A stretch of DNA of 64,000 nt, from assembly GCA_951406725.2 (NCBI GenBank), contig OX597817.1, forward strand, positions 40,176,001 through 40,240,000, read 5' to 3'. The position numbers and the translations under genes are program-made. The notes under the pieces were generated by a model. The model made no database searches, was not told the DNA's origin, and saw nothing but the letters and a program-made list of their open reading frames with translations. Positions 24,524 through 36,876 of this stretch are shown here, piece after piece. The DNA comes from Octopus vulgaris (Eukaryota). How positions within the stretch are numbered: position 1 is the first letter of the stretch; the number at the start of each line of letters is the position of its first letter.

Positions 24524-25513
24524 GTAAGTTTATCAGTAAAGCTGTTGTTTATGTCCCAAAGAATCTACCATCACCTTACTACTGCTAGTAGTAGATTTTT
24601 AAAACCCACACTGTATAGTCTTGCATTTCTTTTACTCTTTTTTAAATAAGTAAATTTATAATCACTTAAACAAATGTTTAAGATTGTCTTACATAAATAT
24701 TAAGAACTTTTCACTCTGTGTCAAACAATCAGAGCTTCTACATGGCTATTCAAAGTAGTAGACATAGCAGCCAAAATTCTGTATCAAATCGATCCCTTCC
24801 ATCTTAAAAGACAAAGAAAGGACACTTTGGATATTACAGTCCTAGAAACATTAAACCCTAAAACACTCAAAGTCTCTACATTTATTCGATACACTAGACA
24901 TAGCACCCAAATTCTGTCTCAAATCACACTTTACTGTCTTCAAAGACAAAAGAAGGACATTTTAGATATTATAGTCTTAGAAATATCAAGCCCTAGGAAA
25001 TAAGGTAGGATAGATAACCCTAGTTGGAAAGCCTTTCATCATAGGTCTGTTCAGTCAGAGCTGACCTGGGGTTAAAGAACAACAGCATCTATACAGAAGA
25101 CAGGAACCACAGCTCCTACCTCAACCACTTGTTAATTAACAGTAGCAACAACATCTGTATGGACTTCTTCAATCTTTTCTATACTTCTGGATATATTTAC
25201 TCTTGTTCATATTTCAGTTTAGAAAAGCAAGAATGCTGTCTTCTACATCCCATTCTGCTGGTTCTAAAAGAGACAGGCAGTGAGGAGGAGAAATCTCTGT
25301 AGACCTGTGTAATACAAAACTATTATCACTGTTGTTGATACTGTTTTGACTATTACAAGCATCACTACCATGAACATTGTCACCTAACTCCCAAAACCAT
25401 TATCTCTGACTATTACAAGCATCACTACCATAAACATTGTCACCTAACTCCCAAAACCATTATCAATAATAATGTTGATTGTTGAGAAATATAAAAGCGC
25501 TTTCTACCTTCAG

Positions 25514-25680
25514 GAATATGACAGTGAACTCAAAAAAAGAGAAACCGAGAAAGAGGAATTAGTCTCAGAGAGCAAGGTTCTAAAGGAAAGGAGTGGCGAG
25601 AGACATAGAGCAGAAATTGACTGCAGGGTTCAGCAAGCTGATCAAAAATGGCAACATTTGCAAAGTGTAATCAACAACAG
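25514..25680 (+). CDS. SYNE1: Nesprin-1-like spectrin-repeat exon (EYDSELKKRE...QKWQHLQSVINNR)
   Basis: Bounded by ttcag| and AG|gtgagt; phase 0 to 2. Resembles human SYNE1 DYQEEI...DRWQHLLDLIAAR. Confidence 0.9.
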
Positions 25681-27415
25681 GTGAGTATATTGTTGCTAAT
25701 TATTATTATTATCATCTTCATTGTCATCATGTTTTTCAAGTTTCATATGAGCTTCTATTACAGCACCCATTGCACATTTAAATTCTTGGTGTGTCTTGCA
25801 CTGTGGGGGGAGTTCAGAATTGTGTTTTGTATTTATTGTTATTATTGTTGTTGTTGTTGTTATTGTAATTCACTTGTCTTATTTTTATTGCACACTTTCA
25901 CTGCACAACGGTAATTCTCCCAGCTCGTTATGTTTTAAATTCAAATACCGTTGAGGTCAAATTTTCCTTTCATCCTTTCAGGGCTCAATAAAATAAAATA
26001 CCACCATTTTGCCTAAAGTGAGAATTTTTTTTCTCCGCAGCATACTGCAGTAAAAAGCTTTTATAGGTTCAAATATGTCTCAGGGCACTCTGAGCTGGCT
26101 ACAGTGTTCTAACACTTTTGTCTAAAACAAGAATTTTCTTCTCCACAGCAAACAGCAGTGAAAAGCCTTCAGATGTTCAAACATATCCCAGATATATTTG
26201 AGCTGATCTACAATACCAGAATTGATATAATTGACTAACCCTGTCCTTTCAAAATTGCTGGTCTTGTGCTAGAGATAACTATTGTTTTTAATTGCATTTC
26301 ATAAAGTGGCTGACTTCCTTTCAAGTATTGGACCTCATGGAAGCGAGGTGGCTGAGTTCCTTTCGAGCATTAGGCCTCATGGAGGCAAAGTGGCTGAGTT
26401 CCTTTCGAGTATTGGGCCTCACAGAGGCAATGACCAAGACCTTTGGCATTATGTTGTGCTTGAGATGAAGACCCATCAAGCCGAGCAAAATCACAATCAT
26501 GGCAAATACTGGTGTCATGCAAATGGAACCCATGCCAGTGTGGTTGGCATTAGGAAGGGCATCCAACCATAGAAAACCATGCCAAATCAGACTGGAGCCT
26601 GGTGCAGCCTTCCAGCATGCCAGTCCAGTCAAACCGTCCAACCCATGCCAGCATGGACAATGGACGTTAAATGATGATGACGACGATCTTTAGATAATAT
26701 ATATTGCTGCTCAAATTCACTTCCCTGAGTCCTTTCACAAGCCATTTAAAAATTTCAATTTCCATTCATGTTAGACTACTTATTTTTTCCAACTGAAGCA
26801 GCATGTAATAAAGACTATATAAATTTCACAGAAATATATATGAAGTCATGAGGTACATGGACAACAGTGGGAATCCAAACAATAACATTTCTTATTTCTT
26901 TATTGCCCACAAGGTGCTAAACATAGAGGCGACAATCAAGGATAGACAAAGGGATTAAGTCGATTACATCGACCCCAGTACATAACTGGTACTTAATTTA
27001 TCGACCGTGAAAGGATGAAAGGCAAAGTTGACCTCGGCAGAATTTGAACTCAGAACATAGTGGCAGACGAAATACTGTTAAGCATTTCACCCGGCGTGCT
27101 AACAATTCTATTTATTGTCATACAGTCTGGCAGATTCAAACATGAATATGCTGATCATTGTTGCATTTCATTGTCAGAGATTATTTCCTCCCTTTAGGCA
27201 ATGTGTATTCATAATAGTGTCTAAAAGGAGATGTTCTCTGATGATGAAATACAACAGCGGTCAGCATAATCATGTTTCAGTTTGCCAGAATGTGTTGAGA
27301 ATGGGTGGAAACAATACTTATTTTAAAGGATTTTCAAAATTGTCAGTTTGTGGAAAATTTAGAAAACAAAAAAAGATTTTAAAATTGGTTATTAATTTTT
27401 TTATTCTTTTATCAG

Positions 27416-27578
27416 GAAGCACAAACTAGAAGAAACTATGCTAGCTGTGCAACAGTTAGACGTCAATATGAAGGAACTACAGAACTGGTTGAAGCACATG
27501 GAAGATGAATTGTTCCCTCCTTTGACATTTACTAAGTGTGATCATCAGGAGATAGAGACAAAACTAGAACACCATCAG
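27416..27578 (+). CDS. SYNE1: Nesprin-1-like exon (KHKLEETMLAVQQLDVNMKELQNWL...LEHHQ)
   Basis: Bounded by atcag| and CAG|gtaagg; phase 2 to 0. Close to SYNE1 KKLKETLVAVQQLDKNMSSLRTWL. Confidence 0.93.
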
Positions 27579-30067
27579 GTAAGGGCTCTGCCACCTTTTA
27601 GTGTGTTACTCAGAGATTTTGTTTATTTTCTTCACATTTAGTGTGGACGTTTGATATGACATTTGAAAACCAGTTTTTGTATGTTAGTGGCAGGTCTGAA
27701 GTGTGCAGGCCTGGATGTGTAGTTAAGAAGCTCACTTGGCAGCCACATGGGTTCAGATACATTTCCACTTTGTAACACTTTGGTCAAGTGTCTTCTATTA
27801 TAGCCCCAGGCCAACCAGTGCCATATGAGTTTGGTAGATGGAAATTAAGCCTATCATGTGGGGAAAGGTTTGTTTGTGTGTGTATGTGAGTGTGTGTGTG
27901 TGTATGTGTATCTGTTTGTGTGTGTGTTTGCAAGTATCTTTGTCTTTTCGTCTCCTATGACAGCATGACAACTAGCATTGGCTTGTTTACACCTCAGTAA
28001 CTTAGCAGTTTGGCAAAAGAGACCAATAGAATAAGCACCAAACTTTAAAGAAATAAGTGCTGGACTTGATTTATTTGACTAAACCCTCTAAGGTGGTGCT
28101 CCAGCAGTAGCTGAAACAAGTATAAGATAAAAAATAAAAGACATTGTTAAAAAGATAAATCCACATGTTGCCTAAATAAATAATATGTTTTTCTTCCAAT
28201 GAAATTAGATAAAACAATTTATTTTTGTTAGATGTTCTTCAAAATACAATAATTCTTGAATTCACAAAGAAAAGAAACATTTTCCTAACAAAATTTATTT
28301 TGTCGGTAATGGGTTTTTTTGTTGTTTTCGGTTTTTTTTTTGTCAGTTTTATATGTTTATTTCTGACTGTCCTCTTGTCTATTACTTATAAATTATGAAT
28401 CAGTTTGTTATTTTTATATATTAGCACTTCTTATGATAAATTCTTTGCTATAAAGACTATCTCTATTCCCAGATATGATTTATAGAATATTAATATGTAT
28501 ATATGTTTAAGAGATTTTAAATGATTTCCATAAATTTTATAAGTGAATAATGTCTTCTCTTAGATTAGATATTAATTCATAACGAAGACAAAAAAAAAGG
28601 AAGAATCAATCTATAAATATTTGACCAGAATTAACAATAAGAATTAATTAAATATGTGATATAAAGCAAGAAGTAGATGATGAACTAAACAGCCGTTGTG
28701 TAAAGAGGAAGATAGTAAGATAGCTGGTGCTGGTTTCAGACAGTTGGCCATAACAAAGGAAATCAGAATAGAAACAGCTGGAGAGAGAAAACTTTCAAAA
28801 ATCGGTTCAACTGCTGCAAATATGGAAATAGAGAGGTTAATATATGAGTGATTTGATTACAATTACAAAGAAGAGGAAGATGGTAATTAACCTTTTAGAG
28901 CACTTATTATTAATGAAATAGGAAGTGAATACAATGAATCAGTTGGTTACAAATGTTAAAATAGCCTGGTGTATTAAAAAGGTTAATACTTGTATATATG
29001 AGAAAGATACTGAGAGAGGGAGGAAGAGGAGGAGGAGGAGGAGAGAGAAAGACAGACAGAGGTTATAAAAGCAATCATCTTCTCAAGAAGGTGCAAAATA
29101 GAACATAGCCAGCCATCACTCATGAGCAAATATGGCTTGGAAATGTGTGCCATGATTTTTAGCTATTTGTTTTAGGTGTTTGTGTAGTCACAAGCAGACT
29201 TAGATACCCTTCTGGAGCCAGGGGAACATCTAGCTCAGTCCATGAATTGATCCCCAAACCTGATGACTATGAGCTAAATACCTTAACCACTAGGTTGTGT
29301 GCCTTTACTCAAGAAAGCACTGATTAGTATTATGTATCATTTATATGTTTATTCAATGTGGACAACATTTCAATGAAATAAGTAAGCTTCAGCCAACTGT
29401 GGCAGTACACAAGTTCCAGACGAAGCTAATTCACTTCACTTATGCTACTATTCTTTGGGGAGTGGGGGGGCAATCAAAACAGACCAACCCCAATATGCAA
29501 CTGGTACTTAATTTATCAACTCCTAAAGGATGAAATGCAAAATCAACTTTGGTGGAATTTGAAATCATAACATAAAGATCAACGAAATACTGCTAAGCAT
29601 TTCACCTGGCATGCTAACATTTCTGCCAGCTCACCACTTTTGTTTTAAAGACTATCACCTCATTTCCTGTCTATAATAATTTTTTGATTTTGTACCAAAG
29701 TTACAAATGAGACATGTCCAATTTTTTAAATGTCAAGGAGTAGCTGGATGGTTTAAAAATTCATTTTGTAACTACATAGTTCCAGTTTCAATTTCACTGT
29801 AAAGCACCTTAGACAAACGTTTTCTGTTGTAGCTTCGGGTTAGCCAATGTCTTGCAAATATACGCCCCCACACACACACATACACAGAGTAAGCTTCTGC
29901 TTATTGTGAATGTATGTATAAATGTTCTTTTTTTTTGCTTCTTTTAAAGAAATGTTAAAGATAACAGCTAAATATTTACTGATGGAAGGGCTGAATACTA
30001 ATCACAGAGTTAAATTTATCATAAAATTCATTTTGATTGGGCAAATTTTGCCTAGCAGTTTACTCAG

Positions 30068-30592
<525 letters not shown>

Positions 30593-30944
30593 ATATATAT
30601 ATATATATATATATCATCATCTTAACATCCACTTTGCCATGCTTGCATGGGTCAGACAAGATTCATTGAGGCAAATTTTTCTGTGGATGGATTACTTTTC
30701 TGTTATCAGCAACCCTCTCCTGTTCCCAAGCAAGGTAATATACCCCTGTCCTGTCTATCATACAACAAATATGGATACAATGGTGAATGGGAAATGAATG
30801 ACACCATCTGAATGAACCTTTTGTTTACAGTCAACAAATACACATGAAGATTAGGGAAGATATGAACTCGCACAAACACAGATATGCGTAGACACACACA
30901 CACATATAAACCATCACCATCATCATCCTCTTTTACGTGTGCGT

Positions 30945-30980
<36 letters not shown>

Positions 30981-32244
30981 GTTATCTACTGTCTGCCAAT
31001 TCCATTTGCAATCCATTGACTATCTTAAGGCTATTTCAGATATACATATCTGAGGTGCCACGCTGTAGGATCAAACCTCACAAGTGTGTTGTTGTAAAAT
31101 GAAATTATTAACTGCATAGCCATGCATATGACAAAAGATGTGTTTGTATGTGTGTGTGTGTGTGTGTGTGTGCGTGTGTGTGTGTACACACTTTCATGCA
31201 TGTTCACATTCCTATATATTTATATTATCACCTTTTTCATATATTTATTATCTATACACAAGTTGCAATTTTCCACGTGAAGCAACTGTCAGCCTGTGAT
31301 TTTCAAAGACAAAAGCTTGATATATTGGTTTGGATTAAATATTCCATTGCAATATACATTGCTTTATGAGTTTGTACTGCTTGTATTCCATTCCACTCAT
31401 TCGATTATGAACAATAAACTTGATTCTATTTGCCTCCGATAATTTCACTGGAAAATATGTACCGCTTTGTGTGTGAAAATATCTGTCATTGTGAATAACG
31501 AAATTCCAGATATTTTGATCAGAGTTCTATTTGTAAAATATTTGACTAGAATAATAAGAGCCCCAAATTATTCTTTATTTGACATCTGCATAAAATGAAA
31601 GAATAAATCTATGTTGTATTTGCTGCATATAATTTAGGCTTGCTTTTGAGGTGATGTTTTTTTGGACTTTTTTTCATCCTGCGGTTGTAACTCAGAAATA
31701 TGAAAGAGAATTTATGAGACATTTGGGCTCAAAGGAAGTTTAGTCAATAGAATATGAGTGTTTAGACAGGAACCAGGTTAAATCCACCCAAGATTAGTTC
31801 TTCCAATGATTTTTCATACAGTCTCTGTCAATTAAATTTCACTCCCAAGGTTATCATAGAAGAAAGATACTTTCACAAAGATTGATCCATTAACCCCTGA
31901 AGCCATGTATTTGTGAAACAAACTTATTAACTACATATCCATCATGACTGCACCGTACTAAATATTTTTTTCTTTTTATCTTTTTTTCTTTTTCCTGACT
32001 CTCCTAATATATACTATTCAGATTACTCTGTCAAATGTAATGGTTATTTACTTACATTGTGTTGAATCATTTCTGCATTATCTTGTAGCTTCGATATTTT
32101 GATGATGCAATTGATTTCTTTTAGAAGACGTTGTAGGGTAGGTGTGACAGGTTGGATGTAACCGGTTTGAATATAAAACAGAATATTTAGGCCACATATG
32201 ACCAGTTTAAATACTAAGGGTTTGAACGGTTGCAAATCAACACC

Positions 32245-32520
32245 TGCAAGAAAGACATGACCAGTAAGAAGATTCTGAGGAAGGACTATGCAAAGTGGTT
32301 AGTGAAATTCCTGGGAGAAGAGGAAGATTGGACAGAACAAGAGTGATAAGCAGTAAAAAAGCCAAGGGGGTCAGGAATGCCTGACAGGAGGAGGTTACAA
32401 GACCAGCAGCCTCAAGGAACAGCATCTGGTGTTGTAGCAATAGAATTGACAAAGTATTTAGGATATTTATTAAGGTAGTTGTTACTCCTTTGTTTAATAG
32501 ATAAACTAATAGAAAAGCTT
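32245..32520 (-). mobile_element. Decayed CR1/L2-group LINE ORF2 3' fragment
   Basis: Frameshifted translation FYCYNTRCCS...PPPVRHS...HVFLA resembles the CR1-group C-terminus. Confidence 0.45.
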
Positions 32521-32892
32521 TGGAAATACTGGAGAAAGGATTTAGTTTAGTTGGACTTTGAATATTATATGGGTTTTTTTTACCAATCCCACTATGTGGT
32601 AACTTGGGCAAAAGTGTCTTACTACAGTCCCAAGCCAACAAAAGCCTCGTGAATGGGTTTGGTAGACAGAAACTGAAAAAAGCCTGTTGAATGTGTGTGT
32701 GTGTGTGTGCATGCTGGCTCTGAGTGAGCATCACCATCACATTGTTGCTTGATTCCAGTCTTCAATGGAAAAAACATGCCATGGGAAAATATTAGCTTGC
32801 TAGGAAATAGATAAGGGTTGGCAACAGGAAGGGCATCCAACCATAGAAAATATACCTCAACAAAGTCCATCTAACCCATACAAACATGAAAA

Positions 32893-33303
32893 GGCAGCGA
32901 GCTGGCAGAAGCGTTAGCACACCAGGCGAAATGCTTCGTGGTATTTCGTCTGCTGTTACCTTCTGAGTTAAAATTCCACCAAGGTCAACTTTGCCTTTCG
33001 TCCTTTCGAGGTCGATAAATTAAGTACCAGTTACGCAGTGGGGTCGATGTAATCGACTTAATCCCTTTGTCCTTGTTTGTCTCCTCTGTGTTTAGCTCCT
33101 TTTGGGTAGTAAAGACATAGGTATTTCGTCTGCTCTTATGTCCTGAGTTCAAATTCCGCCAAGGTTAACTTTGCCTTTCATCCTTTCGAGGTCGATAAAT
33201 TAAGTACCAGTTACGAAGTGGGGTCGGTGTAATCGACTTAATCCTTTTGTCTGTCCTTGTTTGTCCCCTCTATGTTTAGCCCTTTGTGGGCAATAAAGAA
33301 ATA
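32893..33303 (+). mobile_element. SINE family 2 (Meta-domain-like) with internal ~180-bp duplication
   Basis: GCCTTTCATCCTTTCGAGGTCGATAAATTAAGTACC-type core present twice. 13-bp TSD ACAAACATGAAAA at 32880-32892 and 33304-33316. Confidence 0.85.
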
Positions 33304-33545
33304 ACAAACATGAAAATGTGTTTAGTGATGGTGGTGGTGGTGGTGATGATGATGACAATGATGACGATGTAAAGAATACACATATAAGGAATAACCTTCA
33401 TGAACATTTGAGCTGTAAGAGTGGGCCAATGAGTCAATCAATGGTTGTCAGTGTAAACACTGTCTTTTGAGATTTTGTTTTCTGAGCTGTATTGAAAATA
33501 TCCTGGTTCTATACTCTGAAACAAACAAACATGTCCAACTCTCAG

Positions 33546-33766
33546 ACCTTTAAAGTACAGAAAACAGGCATTGGAAAACACCCCTATATTCTTCCATTAA
33601 ATGTCTCAGTAACCAAGCATTGTTTAATTAATCAAGTTGGCTATATAATGGATATACAATGGTTGAATTTCTATCAGTTTCAGTGATGAGGATTTAGTTG
33701 TTCAATCAACTAAATTTCCTGCTCAGTAAATTAACATATAACTGGTTGAGTATTCCACTGGCATGT
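33546..33766 (+). repeat. 221-bp direct repeat, copy 1 (copy 2 at 36091-36311)
   Basis: Seven mismatches counted over 221 bp. Confidence 0.9.
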
Positions 33767-33782
33767 GCACATTCTTGTAATA

Positions 33783-34035
33783 CAGTGATTCTCAACCATT
33801 TTTTATCTATGGACCCTTTTGATTTCTGTTTTATGCAGGTGGACCCTCATAATCATTCGATGTTTAAGAAATCCTATTATATTTTTATAATTAGATATTA
33901 TTAGTAATTGTATAAAAAAGAATTATGAAAATATTTTGTGTATTGAAGTATAACCAATTTGTTGCACATAAATTTTAGTAATGGAATCAAATGCAGACCA
34001 ACAAGGGCCATATGGACCCCGGTTGAGAACCACTG
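33783..34035. mobile_element. hAT (Charlie-like) MITE
   Basis: TIRs CAGTGATTCTCAACC and GGTTGAGAACCACTG; degenerate 8-bp TSD ttgtaata/gtctaata. Confidence 0.8.
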
Positions 34036-34114
34036 GTCTAATATTACAGAGTGAAAGATCAGAAATGTAGTTTGTTAATTTCTGTATCATTTTATTTTTT
34101 CCTTTTGAACACAG

Positions 34115-34302
34115 GGCTTGCAGAGAGAGACTGAACGTTACAGCAATGGTATTGCTTCGGTACATAATCTTTGTGAAGTTCTTTTACATGATACGGATGC
34201 CTGCCGAACTGAAGCCGAATATAATGCTCTCAATGAAGCCAAGAATACTCTTGACAAGCGATGGAAAACTATCTGTCTTTTATTACCTGAAAGACATGCA
34301 TG
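34115..34302 (+). CDS. SYNE1: Nesprin-1-like exon (GLQRETERYSNGIASVHNLCEVLLHDTDAC...RWKTIC)
   Basis: Bounded by acag| and TG|gtgagt; phase 0 to 2. Near-identical to the SYNE1 hallmark GVASVLNLCEVLLHDCDAC. Confidence 0.95.
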
Positions 34303-34399
34303 GTGAGTTCACCTTTCATTTGTTTTCTAAATTCATTAGAGGAAGAACAGTAGTGTTTTTGATATCTTTAGATCAGACTCACACTCCAGTGAGACTGAA

Positions 34400-34805
34400 A
34401 TATTGTCTGTGACAATTACAGGTCACACTCACACTGCCATGAGACCAAATGCCATTGATATTCAATTTGAACATCACCTAGCCAATATTTTCAAGAAAAC
34501 GAAAATGTGGACAAGAAGGGGATTCCATAAGGTTGGAATTCTGGGAAGGAAGAGCTAGGAAAACGTTTAGTGCAAAATCTGTGAGATGGGGAGAAAGCTA
34601 TAAGAATGACAAGAGGAGAAAGAGAAATGAGTTACGTGGCTGGCCTAAATGGAGTGAGAAGGTAGCTAGAATAGTTAGACAAATAGAAGTTGTTGCAGTA
34701 ATGACAGAAGTACAAAGAGGAGATTGTCTGTCTGTGTGGTAATGGTTAAAGCATGTTACTTAGTGAGGGTGTGTTTAGTTGTCAGACAAATGGCTTTCTT
34801 TTATT
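34400..34805 (-). mobile_element. Decayed CR1/L2-group LINE 3' fragment
   Basis: The minus strand yields SFLPRIPTLWNPLLVHIF...FKLNIN, typical of the CR1-group ORF2 end. Confidence 0.5.
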
Positions 34806-35278
34806 TTCACTATCTGAATTAATGTATTGGATTAGCTTGCTTTAATTCTGTAAAGATTAAACAGAATATCTCTATACAGATAGTATGAAATGTAAGTACA
34901 AGAATCATCCTAATATTCTTTGCCTATTAGTGTAGAATGTTTGGTGATTGTCACAGCTACAGTTAATATGTAAGCTATAGGTATAGTTGATGAGAAATTG
35001 AGTGAATATGTTAATAGAAAGAATTAATAAAAGAAAAACCTCCAGATAATTCATTTGTTCAAGAACTCTTTTAGCATAAGCATAAAGTATAAGTCAGTGT
35101 TTTTATTTTTGTGTAAAGGAAATGAAGAAAATAGTTGAAAAATATCTAAATTTTTGTTATTTGATAAAAATGCATTGTATTACCTTATTTTTTTCTTTTT
35201 ATTTTCTCATATAATTTTTGTCTCTTCTAGTCAGCTCTTGCTTTCTTTCACATATTCTTGTTTGTTATTTCATTTTAG

Positions 35279-35423
35279 CATTGAAGAAACATGGAGACTT
35301 TGGAAGATATTTCTCCGAGATTACAATAGTTTCTCAAACTGGCTTGGAAGTATTGAAAATGATCTTGCAGAATATAGCGACTCCCAGTTATCAGAGAAAG
35401 AAAGTATATATGAAGAAATTGAG
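35279..35423 (+). CDS. SYNE1: Nesprin-1-like exon (IEETWRLWKIFLRDYNSFSNWL...EEIE)
   Basis: Bounded by tttag| and GAG|gtatgt; phase 2 to 0. Matches SYNE1 IEETWRLWQKFLDDY. Confidence 0.95.
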
Positions 35424-36561
35424 GTATGTAAAGATTAGTTTTTGATTTCTTCCTGGCACTCACACCTTGTAAGAATTATATGTTGATCAGGATTATATGT
35501 AAAGCTGTTTATATTGAGCTTTTCCTTTCTGTCTTTTATATATGTTTTATATCAAACCAAAATCTTTTTAAAATTATTTTTAAACTTAGTTTGGTTCATC
35601 TTTTTCTTATCATTTTTTTTGTTCAACAACTCCTATGGCAATTTAGATGTTTTATGATTGTGAATTACTTAGTATTGATACAGTCTAAACATTTATGACA
35701 CCACCACAGACAAATATAAAACATACATTAAATATGATTTATGTTGTTTCTTTATCAGACCATTATCTCCTCTATGTGATTTCATCTTTAAACTGTCAGT
35801 TTTTATTTTTCAGTATAAAAATAAAGCAAATTAACTTTGAATCACTGCATGTTAGATACATTTAATTTAGCTTATGTTCATACAAAGTTGTGTATTCATG
35901 TATATATATAACAGAGAGAGTCCGCTACATATTGAATAAGTTTTTGTCTTCAATCCATGCTTTACACTGAACTTTTTCAGAATTTCTTACCATACCTAGA
36001 AAATGTTTTCATTTATTAAAAGGAAGTAGATTATTGGTGAGGAATTCAGTGGTTCACACATTAAAATTTGATCCTTGTTTAAGCTTTAAAACCTTTAAAG
36101 TACAGAAGACAGGCATTGGAAAACACCCCTATATTCTTCCATTAAATGTCTCAGTAACCAAGTATTGTTTAATTTATCAAGTTGGCTATATAACGGATAT
36201 ACAATGGGTGAATCTCTATCAGTTTCAGTGATGAGGATTTAGTTGTTCAATCAACTAAATTTCCTGCTCAGTAAATTAACATATAAGTGGTTGAGTATTC
36301 CACTGGCATGTTAACCCTTTATGTAATGCTTAGACAGGATCAGCATAGCTACCTAATAGTTGAATGAAAGTTTAAGCTAAACTGCAACCAATTTAATATG
36401 CTTCATACTACTTTATTTTCAGACTACTGTACTTAATTCTAAAAAAAAAAATTTTCAGTACTCCAGCATGGTCGCAGTCAAATGACTAAAACAAGTAAAA
36501 GAATAAAAGAAGAATTGTTTCAATTCAATCCAATTTTTTTTTTCTTTTGTATATTCTTCAG

Positions 36562-36876
36562 AGCATTCAACAAGATATTAATAAACACCATGTCGACCTT
36601 GAAGCTATTAATAAGCAATACAAATTTCTCGTGAAGGAAGGTTATGTGGACAACAACAACGACATAAAAAACAAAACATGGGAATGTAATGAGAGATGGG
36701 ACAACCTATCTAAACGAGTGCTGTGTGATATGGGTAATATGAAAACATCTGCAGGGAAGTGGGATGAATACCATTTCTTATATGATGAACTAATGAAGTG
36801 GCTGAAAGATGTTGATGCAAAATTAATCCAAGTTGAAAAATCTGAAGATGTCGCTAACAATATTAAGTGCCTTTCT
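36562..36876 (+). CDS. SYNE1: Nesprin-1-like exon (SIQQDINKH...INKQYK...NERWDNLSKRV...IKCLS)
   Basis: Bounded by ttcag| and |gtaagt; 315 nt, phase 0 to 0. Matches SYNE1 INKQYRRL...NQRWDNLQKRV. Confidence 0.93.

Noticed and set aside
26300-26430. CRISPR-like repeat array
   Set aside because: Eukaryotic context, contiguous repeats without unique spacers, and part of a LINE.
33683-33726. Box C-like GTGATGA with a hairpin (possible snoRNA)
   Set aside because: No box D or terminal stem, and it lies within a duplicated repeat fragment.
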